Source: the human T2T-CHM13v2.0 reference genome, Homo sapiens. From it: a stretch of DNA of 64,000 bases. Position 1 is the first letter of the stretch. Each line of letters starts with the position of its first letter. Both the position numbers and the translations under genes were made by a program. The notes under the pieces are model-generated. The model was not told the DNA's origin. It saw only the letters and a program-made list of their open reading frames with translations, and searched no databases. The stretch is taken from the NCBI RefSeq assembly GCF_009914755.1, contig NC_060932.1; one strand, 5' to 3'. Positions 34,701 through 46,179 of the stretch are shown here, one piece after another.

Positions 34701-37415
34701 ATGCTTGGTCATAAAGTAAGTTGCAATAAATCCAAAAAAATCAAAATGATATCAACCATAATCTTAGGCCACAGTAGAATAAAAATAGAAATCAATACCA
34801 AAAGGAATTCTTAAAACCATATAATTACATGGAAATTAAAACTTGCTTCTGAATGACTTTTGGGTAAACAATAAAATTAAGGCAAAAATTTAAAAAAATT
34901 CTTTGAAATAAATTAAATAGAGACACAACATACCAAAACCTCTGGGATGTGGCAAAAGCAATGTTAAGAAGAGAGTTTATAGCATTAAACATCTACATCA
35001 AGATGATAGAAAGATCTCAAATTAACAATCTAACATTCCATCTAAAGAAACTAGAAAAACAAGAGCAAACTTATCCCAAAGCTAGCAGAAGAAAAAAAAT
35101 AACTGAAATCAGAACAGAACTAAATGAAATTGAGACAAAAAATTCATACAAGAGATTAACAAAATAAACAGTGGTTTATTTGAAAGAATAAACAAAATCG
35201 AAAGACCTCTAGGTACATTAACAAAGAGAGAAAGAGAACATCCAAATAAACAGATCAGAAATGATAACGGTGGCATTATGACCAATTCCACAGAAATACA
35301 AAAGATCCTCAGAAATTATTATGAACACCTCTATGCATACAACCTAAAAAATCTAGAGGAAATGGATAGATTTCTGGAAACACACAATCTACCAAGAGTG
35401 AATCAGGAAGAAATTAAAGCCGAGAGAAAAATCAAATGCATAATCCCATTTACAATAGCCATAAAAATATAAAATATCTAGGAATGCATCTAAACAAGGA
35501 AGTGAAATATCTCTACAAGGAGAACTACAAAACTGAAAGAAATCAGAGATGACATAAACAAATAAAAAAATCCACGTTCATAGACTGAAAGAAGCAATAT
35601 TGTTAAAATGTCTATACTGCCTAAAGCAATCTATAGATTAAATGCTATTCCTATCAGATCACCAATGTCATTTTTCACAGAATTAAAACAAATTCTAAAA
35701 TTAATGTGGAAGAAAAAAGAGTCCAAGTAGCCAAAGCAATCCTATGCAAAAAGAACAAAGCCAGAGGCATCCCATTACCCAGCTTCAAAGCTGGGTTGCC
35801 TACAAGGCTATAGCAACCAAAACAACAAGGTACTAATACAAAAATAGACACATAGACGAAAGGAACAGGATAGAGAACCCAGAAATAAAGCCACAGACCT
35901 ACAACCAACTGATCTTTGACAAAGTTGACAAAAATAAACAATGGAGAAAGGACCTCCTGTTCAATAAATAGTGCTGGGAAAACTAGCTAAACATATGCAG
36001 AGGAATGCTACTGGACGTCTACCTCTCACCATTTAAAAAATTGACTCAAAATGGATTAAATACTTAAATGTAAGAACTCAAAGTATAAAAATCCTAGAAA
36101 AAAACCTAGGAATTACACTTTCGGGCATCAGCCTAGGCAAATAATTTATGACTAAGTCTTCAAAAGCAAATGCAACAAAACAAAAATTGACAATTGGCAC
36201 CTATTTAACTAAGAGCTTCTGTGCAGCAAAATAAACTATCAACACAGTAAATAAACTCCAGAGTGGGAGAAAATATTTGCAAACTATGCATCTGGCAAAA
36301 GACTAACATCGAGAATCTATAAGGAACTGAAACAAATCAACAAGTAAAAAACAAATAACCCCATTAAAAAGTAGGCAAAGAACATGAACAGATACTTCGC
36401 AAAAGAAAACATACGAGCAGCCAACAAACATGAAGAAATGTTCAACATCACTAATCAGCAAACAAATGCAAATCAAAACCACAGTAAGGTATTATCTTAT
36501 GCCAGGAAGAATGGCTATTATTTAAAAGTTTTTTAAAATTCTTTTATTTATAAAAAACTTATAACCTGTAAGTTTGTAACTTGTAAAACTTGTAAGTTAT
36601 TTTTGTAAAACTTTTTTTTTTTTTTTTAGAAAAAACAGTAACATGTTGGGAGGTTACAGAAAAAATTGAATGATTATACACTGTTGGTGGGAATGTAAAT
36701 TAGTTGAGACCCTGTAGAAAGTGGCTTGGAGATTTGTCAAGGAACTGAAAATAAAACTACCATTGAGCCAGCAATCCGTTACTGGGTATATACCCAAAGG
36801 AAAATGCATTGCTTATGAAAGACACCTTCACCCATAAGAGTAAGTTCAAAAAAAAAATGCAACAAAACAAAAACAAAAATTGACAACTGGGACCTATTAT
36901 AATTAAGTTAAAGAGCTTCTTCACACAAAAAGAAGCTATCGGCAGAGTAAACATACAACCACAGAATGGGAGAAATATTTGCAGCACTACTCACAGTAGC
37001 AAAGATATGCAATCAACCTAGGTGCCCATCAATGGGTGGATTTGATAAAGAAGATGTGTCATACATATACCATGCATTACAATGCAATGTCATCAAAAGA
37101 ATGAAATTATGCCCTTTCCAGCAACATCAATGTCCTGAGGCCATTAACCTAAGTGATGCAGAAACAGAAACCCCAATATCACACGTTCTCATTTATAAGT
37201 GGGAAATAAACATTGGGTACACACGGACAGAAAGATAGAAACAATAAACACTGGGGACTCCAAAAGGGAGGAAGGAGGGGGCAAGGGCTAAAAAACTTCT
37301 TATTGGATACTATGTTCACTATTTGGGTAATGGGATCAATAGAAGGCCAAATCTCAGCATCATAAAACATACCCTTGTAACAAACCTGTACATGTGTCCC
37401 CTGAATCTAAAATAT
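31720..37415 (+). mobile_element. L1PB3/4-like LINE-1, near full length, RT core deleted
   Basis: ORF1 start atgagaaggaaccag at 32764; ORF2 EN region 34085-34800; PB-type 3' end actggggactccaaaag...ctgaatctaaaat; the 5' boundary (31720-32500) is a tentative 5'UTR assignment. Confidence 0.85.
33021..33250 (+). mobile_element. AluY lacking its 3' ~50 nt and poly(A)
   Basis: Y diagnostics present; ends gcagtgagcc then resumes L1 ORF1. Confidence 0.95.
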
Positions 37416-37645
37416 ATATATAATTATATATATTATATACAATATTATATTCTCTCTCTCATATATATAAAATATATATAAAATAAATATATATATTATA
37501 TATTTATATATTATATAAAAATATATATAAAATAAAATATATAAAAAATAAAATATATAAAATATATAATATATACAAATATACATAAAAATATATATTA
37601 TATAAATATATATATAATATATATAAAATATAAAAATAAAAATGA
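37410..37645. repeat. AT-rich low-complexity tract derived from L1 tail
   Basis: Near-pure (TA)/(TAAAA) mixture directly after L1PB 3' end. Confidence 0.95.
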
Positions 37646-39173
37646 AACCATCCAGAATGTATTTTTCGCTAGGAACATTTTGGAAGAAGAGAGGGACACA
37701 AGAAGTAAAAGGAAGTTGAAAGTGATTATAGAGCTCGACTGCAGAATTTATGTTGAGGGAGGTAAAAAGGAAGGAATGCTTGGGAGATGCCTTGTGGAAA
37801 ATAAATCTGGATGTGGCAAAGAATGTAGAGGTAGTATGGTTAGTTGAAAATTTGGAATCAGAGAGTGAGTAAACTCAACCAGCTTTATTTTTAATTCTTT
37901 ATATTATTGCAGCCTTGCATAATTTACTTAAGGTTTAAAGTCTGCAGAAAAAGCATGTGCTTGGCACAGGTTAGGGCACAGCTTGAAGCTAACTGTATGG
38001 GGTGGTAAGGAAGAATCTTCCAGAAAGAGGTTACAGGCACCCCTGTAGCTTCTCCTCTGGAATGGATTAAGCATTTCACCCACACTACACAATGTGGTGG
38101 AGGAGTAATTGCTCAAAAGGAAATTATGGTGTTTTGAGGGAGGAAGAATGGATGTTGAGGCCAAATGAATGTCCTTGTTCATGGGCCTAGTTGGGGAAAT
38201 AGACATGGGTACACGAAAGTAGGCCTAGAAACACCAAATGTCTGAGGCTGAGAAGAAAGGAAGCTTCAGAACACAATAAGAATGGGTGGGAACCTTGAGG
38301 GGCAAATTGTTGCCTTCGTTATCTTCATCCTTACCATCTGAATGTGTGCACAGCACCAGGCCTTAATTCCTGAACAGGCCTTTTCTCAACTATAAATCAG
38401 GAGATAATCTGCAGGTTTTCTTGTATATTGGTTCCATATACACCATGAGTATTTCATGCCTGATATCCTAGTTTGTAGGACTCCTTGAGACTTTCAGGTT
38501 GCTCCTGTTTGCTGCAAATGATGATAAACAATTCTGTGTGCATGTGTGTTTGTTCATTGCAATCCTCTTATAACTCATGAATTTATTATTGTTGTCTTGC
38601 ATATGCGCACTTCACTCTTTCATGTTCCCATAGTAACGTGAAAGTTTTCAAAAATAAAGTGTGGTTGCTGAGTAAGTATTAATGTTTGTCCTTGCAACTT
38701 GATACGTGGTCGTTTCTGCTGTCTCCCATCCTCTGCCCTTCACATTTGGTTGACTCTAGTGATAAAATGGTTTTGGAATTCTCTGCGTTTACGGTCTCAG
38801 GTAAATTGTTAAAAATAAATGCACATCAGGAACACTTGAGACCACCATTGAGAAGTGAGACATTCTATTGATTTCAATTTTTGAGGCACTTTTAACATTA
38901 GGATCAATCAGATTAATTGTAAAACCATTTACTGGAAAGACACTAATTTAAGCTGCCATTATAAGTTACCTCTATTTCATTTTGAAAGGCTTACAGCACC
39001 AAAAATAGTCTGTGCTCAAAAAGTCAAAACACAATCTAAGTATTGTATTGATATTATTTTGCCATCTTATGATCCTTAACATTACTTTTGGATAAACATG
39101 TGTTCCAACTAGAATTTGTACTCGAGGATGACACAACTGCATACTATACATCTTTACTCCCAATGATCTAGAA

Positions 39174-39459
39174 GAGACAGATTCTTGCTCTGTCACCTAG
39201 GCTGGAGTGCAGTGAAATAATTATAACTTACTGCAGCCTGAAACTCCTGGGGCCAACGGGTCTTCCTGCCTCAGCCTCCTGAGAAGCTGGGACTACATGT
39301 GTGTGTCATCACACACAACTAATTTTTAAAATTTTTTTTTGCAGAAGTGGGGTCTTGCTATGTTTCCCAGGTTGGTCTCAAACTCCCAGCTTCAAGTGAT
39401 CCTCCCACCTCAGCCTACCAAAGTACTGGGATTACAGGTATGAGCCACCATGTCCAGCT
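39174..39459 (-). mobile_element. AluJ with no residual poly(A) tail
   Basis: ctgcagcctgaaactcctggg, gtcttgctatgtttcccagg, gatcctcccacctcagcc (J-type). Confidence 0.93.
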
Positions 39460-39479
39460 TCATAGAGCTTTTAAAAATA

Positions 39480-39665
39480 CATTTTATTTGAAAATAATTA
39501 TATACATATAAAATTTGTGAAAAGTAAGAGTAGCACAAAAATGCAAAAATATCAACAGTACAAAGATTGCCCATATACCTTTTTCTCAAATAAAAATATA
39601 CCTTTTACTCAACTTACACAAGTTCAACTTTTACCCAAAATATTCTTAACAACCTATTTCCATTT

Positions 39666-39742
<77 letters not shown>

Positions 39743-40855
39743 TTTCTTCTTTCTTTCTTTCTTTATTTTTTTATTGTGTGTGTGTGTGTGTGTGTGTATT
39801 TTCTGGGTTTATTTTCAGAATCATGTGAGATTAAGATGATTAAAATAAGATTCTTTACCCTTAAAGATTTCAATGCATATTTCTTAAGAGTAGGCGTATT
39901 CTATTACATAATTGCTATAGGATTATCAATTTGATAGAATACTTTTGTGTAATCTAATCTTTGCACTCCAATTTTGCCCATTGACCTCACAATATATTTA
40001 CGGTATGTTTTTCCTTCATTACAGAGTTCACTTTATGATAAGTTGTATTTAGAATCTTAAACATTTTCACTGTCTTTTTGACATTAAAATTGTTTGAAGA
40101 ATGTCTTTCCTTTTAAACAGAGGACTTCTCATTTTGATTTTGTTGGATGTTTTCTCATGGTGATGGCTGGAATAATAAATAAGTGACATGCCTTTCTCAG
40201 GATGTCACATCTGGAAGTGTATGGTGTCCATCTTCCCCCTCATTGGTGGCACTAATGTTGATTGCCTGGTCAATACTTTGTCCAATTTCTGCATGGTATT
40301 GTTACCAATGAGTAATCTGTGGGAAGAATCTTTATGGCCATTTAAATATCCTGTTTCTCATGTAAATTTCTTTCTAGATTGATTATCCATTGATGACTCT
40401 TACTTGATCCAATATTCTAATCTTTATTTGGATGGTTGCAAAATCGTGATTTTTTTTCAACTCCACCATTCCTCCCCTGTTCAATATTTGACACTCCTTC
40501 ATATGTATACATGTATGTATACATGTTCATATCCATCATGTAACCATCTATCATTTATTTCTTATGCTGCAAACTAATAGATTGTACTTTATTTCAATGG
40601 CTTAAAATTTCTTACTTTTCCTAATTATTTTGGTGCTCAAGTTGTCCTGGATTTGGCCAATGGGAACCCTTTCAGCCTGGCTCCTATGTCTTTGTGATAT
40701 GCACCTATCATTTTTAAAGCACCTCTTTACATTCTGATATCAAAAGATGTTCTGTGCCTTAGCCCTGGAATAAGTCATTGCTCTGTGGAGCCTTGATTCC
40801 TTTTAGTAGGGATGGTATTAGAGACCATGTTCTGTGTGCTAGATATAGTCAATGT
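39480..40855 (-). mobile_element. L1MC4/5-like 3' region
   Basis: tatttcttaagagtaggcgtattctattacataa; agccctggaataagtcattgctctgtggagccttgattccttttagt. Confidence 0.7.
39664..39797. repeat. Compound STR: (TTTC)~19+ then (TG)11
   Basis: Read directly. Confidence 0.98.
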
Positions 40856-41045
40856 TTTGTATATATAATATGTCAGTAATGTTTTTGGCAATCATGAGGT
40901 TAATCATGGTTAGTAATATTTATATTTAACCACTTGCTTACATGTAAATGAGTTTTTGAAGATGTTCTGTACACACATTTTGTTGAAATTGAATACCAAT
41001 TTTCATGCAGTCGAAGTTTAAAAAAAATGTGTTTAAAAGAAACAT

Positions 41046-41394
<349 letters not shown>

Positions 41395-42890
41395 CTATTT
41401 TCTCCTAAAGAACCATGACTCCTGGGAACCTATTTTGTCTCAAATCGTAAGGTATCTAACCACAAGCTGCCTTGGTGATAATCTCTTCACAAATGGGTCT
41501 TTTTGTGGTCAGGTTTTGCTGTCTGCTGTAAGGTTTCTTTCAAAGTGAGCTCTTTGTTCAGTTTTGCTGATGTGGACACTAAAGTCTGAAGTAGAGGAAA
41601 ATGCGCTAATTTTTTAAGCTTATCCTTGCTCAAGAGGAATGAATCATTTTGGACCTGAATTACACAGGGCCATAGAAAACATACAGCTTTTCTTTCTCTT
41701 TGCTGCATTGAATAAGTCATCGTAAGCATCTTTTTCTCCCTATTTCTTGGCAAAGCCATAAGGCTGGCTGGAATCAACTCTTGTGGGCAGATGATCTGAG
41801 CCAGGTTTCAATATAGGCACAACCTTCCTTTCTCCAGCAGCTGGACAAGACCAAAGTTTTTTTTTCTACACTATGTGTGAATAACAGCACATATAAGATA
41901 CAGATCAGTTTGTACAAATTTTGATTAAGAATTTGCTTCTTTTCATTTTTAAGCTATTCCTTTTCAATGTTATAAAATTGCCTGGAATGCAGGAAAAGTT
42001 CTTAGTTTTATTATTATTCATAATGCATTGTTTGCATAGGCTTTCAAAGAGAAGTTTTTTCCTCATTAGTTACAATTTTTGTGTCTATTTTCCTTTAGAT
42101 TTTCAAGACAATGATCAACTTAAAGTATTGAAAGTTTGATGAAAGTCATTTGTATTACATAATTCTGGAAATAGGAAGGTTTTTATTTTTAAATGTTAAT
42201 TTTATAAGTACCTTTCTGGTGCTGTATATTGTGGTAACAACTTAATATATTCATTATTTATTTTTGCATCAACATTGCTTTAGCAGATATATTTCATTTT
42301 ATTTTATTATATCCAGAGAGTTAAAATATATATCAGTATCTATATATCTATATCTATCTATTTTCTACCCATCTGTCTATCTATCCATCATTATTTTAAA
42401 CATTTGAATGACTATAATAGAACTTTGTGTTTAAAGTTTGTCGGGGTTGTAAAACAATTACAGTATAGGAAAGATTAAACCTAGATAACACAATTATAGA
42501 ACCATAGGTTGACTGAGAGAACATTTATAGTTTTCTCTAGATTTAATAATGCTTATATTTTAATTTTTTCCAGAAATCTTCAAATCATCGATTAGAAAAA
42601 ATAATATAAAACTTAATGGTTATCCAGCTCCAATCTCAAATTGCTGCCTGATTAGTCTTTTAATATTGTGGACGTTCTACCATGTAACCTCTGCTGGAAC
42701 TTCTTCTACATTATTGAGGAACATACCAATTTAAGAAGCAGTCATTTCTAGGTATAAGTAATTTCCAGGAATTCTCTGAATTACTGAATCAACTTATTAT
42801 TATTATTATTACTGAATCAATATTGGTTCAATTTATATTTTCTAAGACACAAATATTTTCTAACCTATCTGTTTTACAAAGGCAAGTCTT

Positions 42891-42909
42891 TTTTTTTTTT
42901 TTTTGAGAC
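42891..42909 (-). mobile_element. Ultra-truncated Alu-like stub (GTCTC + A14)
   Basis: 16-bp TSD tacaaaggcaagtctt (42875-42890) / tacaaaggcaaatctt (42910-42925). Confidence 0.8.
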
Positions 42910-43059
42910 TACAAAGGCAAATCTTAAACTACTAAAAGCTACTCAGGCCTAGGATTGAGACTATAACTTATTTTTCCTATTCTATGTCCATTATTGTAGA
43001 CGAAAATTACTCTAATGATCCACATTAACCCTAATGTCTTTCATGTATTTTGGTTAAAT

Positions 43060-43235
43060 AAAAATGTTTCTATCATATCATTTTTTCAGTTAACTATTTG
43101 GACCCAGGATAGGCCTTTACATTTAATAATACTAAATTTCTTCTTGGTGGATTTATTGTATCATTCAAGCTGCTTGAAATATGTGTATGCCCTCATTTGT
43201 TCATTCAGCGTATTTGCCCACCCCTCTCATATTTT
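43060..43235 (-). mobile_element. L3/CR1 fragment
   Basis: ctttacatttaataatactaaatttcttcttgg...tcattcagcgtatttgccc resembles L3 consensus. Confidence 0.5.
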
Positions 43236-43269
43236 ACACTGTTAAGAAGTTCCACATGCTTCACATGTT

Positions 43270-44400
43270 TTTTCACTTAGTTTTCGTGACATAATCTCCA
43301 CTTGTTTTCCTTTGAACCCTCTGAATTCTCTTCCTTAGTTATCTTACAGGGTCATTATTCTCTGCCCATTGCTATTATTTTTCAGGGTCCCATACTATGC
43401 CTTCTCCTATTCTCAATCTACACAGACTCTCTAGGTGACTCTATTCATCCCCCTATAGTGATACTTCATCTAGAATCCAAAAAGGCTAACCAAGGGGTTC
43501 ACAAACATTGTCGTGTGTATGTTCATTTCGTACCATAACAACAATCAAGTTCTTAAAGGCAGGCATGAAAAAGAAAAATGACTAATCTATATAGAGTAGA
43601 TTTCGTTATATGCATCTCCATTACTGCCTCTCTCCTGTGCATCACCTATCACACCGAATTCCTAATCTACCCCCCAAAATCCATACATGATTTTCCTCCC
43701 ATGTTCTACCTCAAGTAAGTGGCATCACTCTCCATACAGGAATCCATGCTGTAGACTTAGAAATTTCAAAAGACTCTTCCCCTTTTTCATGTTCCCATGC
43801 AACAGATCCCAGATTTCTATCAATATGACCATGTAACTATTTCACAGGTCCCTCCTCCCTTGCTCTATTCCCTGTCAAAATCTCCTGCCACTGTGACAGC
43901 TTTCTAAGTAGTCATCCTCCCTCCATGTGTAGCCCATCCAATGTGTTCTCCATATCAAGAAGTCTTACTAAAAACAGAAACTGATTGTTATACTCCAGCA
44001 TTAAAAACCTATATTTGCTTCCACTACTCAGAGGATTAAGTACAGATTGTACCTTTGCAATGACAAGGCTTCTTATGGTAATTCTTTACAGGGCCATCAT
44101 GTCACACTCCCTCCATTCTCAATCTGTGTTCTAGTTGGAGTAAATTTCTAGATCTTCTAAGGGCCCATGATCCTTCCTCTAGAAGTTGGCAGGTACTTTT
44201 CCTTCCACCTGCAACACTTGTTTTTACCCCATTTCTCCCTCTTATTCATCTTCATGGCTTAGGTATGACATCAGTTCCACTAAATTAGGTCATATGTCTG
44301 TTGGATGTAGACCTAGGTTAGATACCTCCACTAGGTAACCCCAGTGCAATCTGTACTTTCTCTGTCGTAAAACTCACTGTCAACAAGCTTCAGATCAACC
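43270..44400 (+). mobile_element. L2 LINE fragments
   Basis: cttctcctattctcaatctacacagactctctaggtgact; ccactactcagaggattaagtacagat. Confidence 0.65.
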
Positions 44401-45499
44401 TGTGTTCCCCAAATTTTCCAGAGCATCCCTCACTCTAAAGGCCCCCAAATAAACAAATAGCTAAATAAAATTAGTCTCTTTGCTATAGAAATGCAACTTA
44501 AACACAAGCCTTACAGGCAAATTTCAATAAGATTACCAACACTAAACTCATCCTATGGGGAGATTATGGAGCAGCCACTGACATTTCTTCTGTTTCATTT
44601 AAAAATATTTATCTGTTGTTTCTGTCAGGCTTCACATGCTCCCATAGTGAAGACTGAGCCCCTCCTCGTCCACTGTTTTAACCGTGACACAAGCTTGGCA
44701 CAGTGCTCGGTCAATATTATGTGATTCGTAAGCTTTCTGAGTGTATCTAGGAACTCTACAATTTCAGATAAGATTGGGCACATTCAAGATGGTAGGGCCA
44801 TAGACAAGGACCTCTGCAATTTCAAAAAAGGCAGAGATGAAGATAAGACTTTATATGAGCTAAATAGAGATCTTCCTCTCATTAACATCCATTAGCCTCT
44901 GCTCCTTGGCTAATGCAACTTAACAATCTACAAGTCCTAATTGTAGAGCTTTTCTCCATTGTGCATAATTAACAATTTTGTCAAATGCCACACGTGTACC
45001 CTAACTCTGACTGTAGTTGATATTGCACCCAAACCTGCAGTTTTCTAGTGCTATAAAAATAAACGGAATGTTACAGGCTCAGACTCTAAAATAGAGTGTC
45101 CTCCAAATCCTGAGGAGCTCACAGTCCATTGAAAGAAACACCATATGTAAGTAAAGACCTCCCTCATGACACAAGAGCCATGACAGAGATATGGGGAAAG
45201 TGACCCACAGGAACAAAGAAGAGTGAGAGACCAGCTCTGTAGTTGGTCCCCCATGACCTAGTCCCTCTAAATCCAATATGGTTCCTAGTGATTGCTCATT
45301 TCCTTTCCACAAGCTCACATCTCAACAGATTAAACATTTGCTCTAGAGAATTATCTTAATTCTTTTACAACATATCAAGCCCAAGAAATACAAGAATAAA
45401 AAGTAAAAGACCCCACATCTATGGTTTGTGAAAGGCACCTTCTGAAACTTTTTGAAACCAGGATAACATTTATTCTTCTTTTACATCCCCTTAACAATT

Positions 45500-45860
45500 A
45501 ATGATGGTAGCCAAGTGCTCTCAGCTAAAAAGTTCTCTCAGTATCTTAGAACAATTCATCTGGCTCCAGAAAATTGGATTCATTTTGAGTAGCTGGGTGC
45601 TCTCTTACAATCTCTTCACTTATCTTTCAGTTTCAATTTCCCATACCCAATATATTTCCTAGACTTTCCAGTGTGAAGATCATTCTCTTTGACAGGGAGA
45701 ACAGAAATAAAATAGGAGATTCCTATTTTCTCTCTTTCTTGTTTTCTAACTTTATGCCACCTTCCCATAATCAATAGGATTACTTCTTCATTTTTTCCTT
45801 GCTCAGGACAGAACTAAAAACATGCTGTTATCATTAGTTTCTTCTGAACTTTGGTCTTTA
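45500..45860 (-). mobile_element. L3/CR1 fragment
   Basis: ccagtgtgaagatcattctctttgacagggagaacagaaataaaataggag. Confidence 0.55.
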
Positions 45861-46179
45861 TGACACAAGACTAATCCTTTGGTTAGAAAATGAATGTTCA
45901 CATATTTACAATTCCTTGGTTGTCATTCTTTTCCTGTGCAGATAAAAACTTTTCAAACAATATAATACTCATTGTATTTTCATGTGAAGATACCGAGAAG
46001 TCATTCAGTGCTCATACTTTACCCCCTTAGCTGAGACCCTGTGTGGCTAGGCAACTTTTATCCAGGTAATATGGTAATGGATGGAGGCTGCTATTCAAAC
46101 CCTTCTTCTTGTTCCCAGGATATTCCTTTTTCCAGAGGTCTGTTTCCCACATTTCCATCAACACAGTTGATGAAAAGTT

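Noticed and set aside
41487-41777. 96-aa minus-strand ORF with a possible acceptor near 41655
   Set aside because: Peptide not recognised, no partner exons or convincing donor; length compatible with chance
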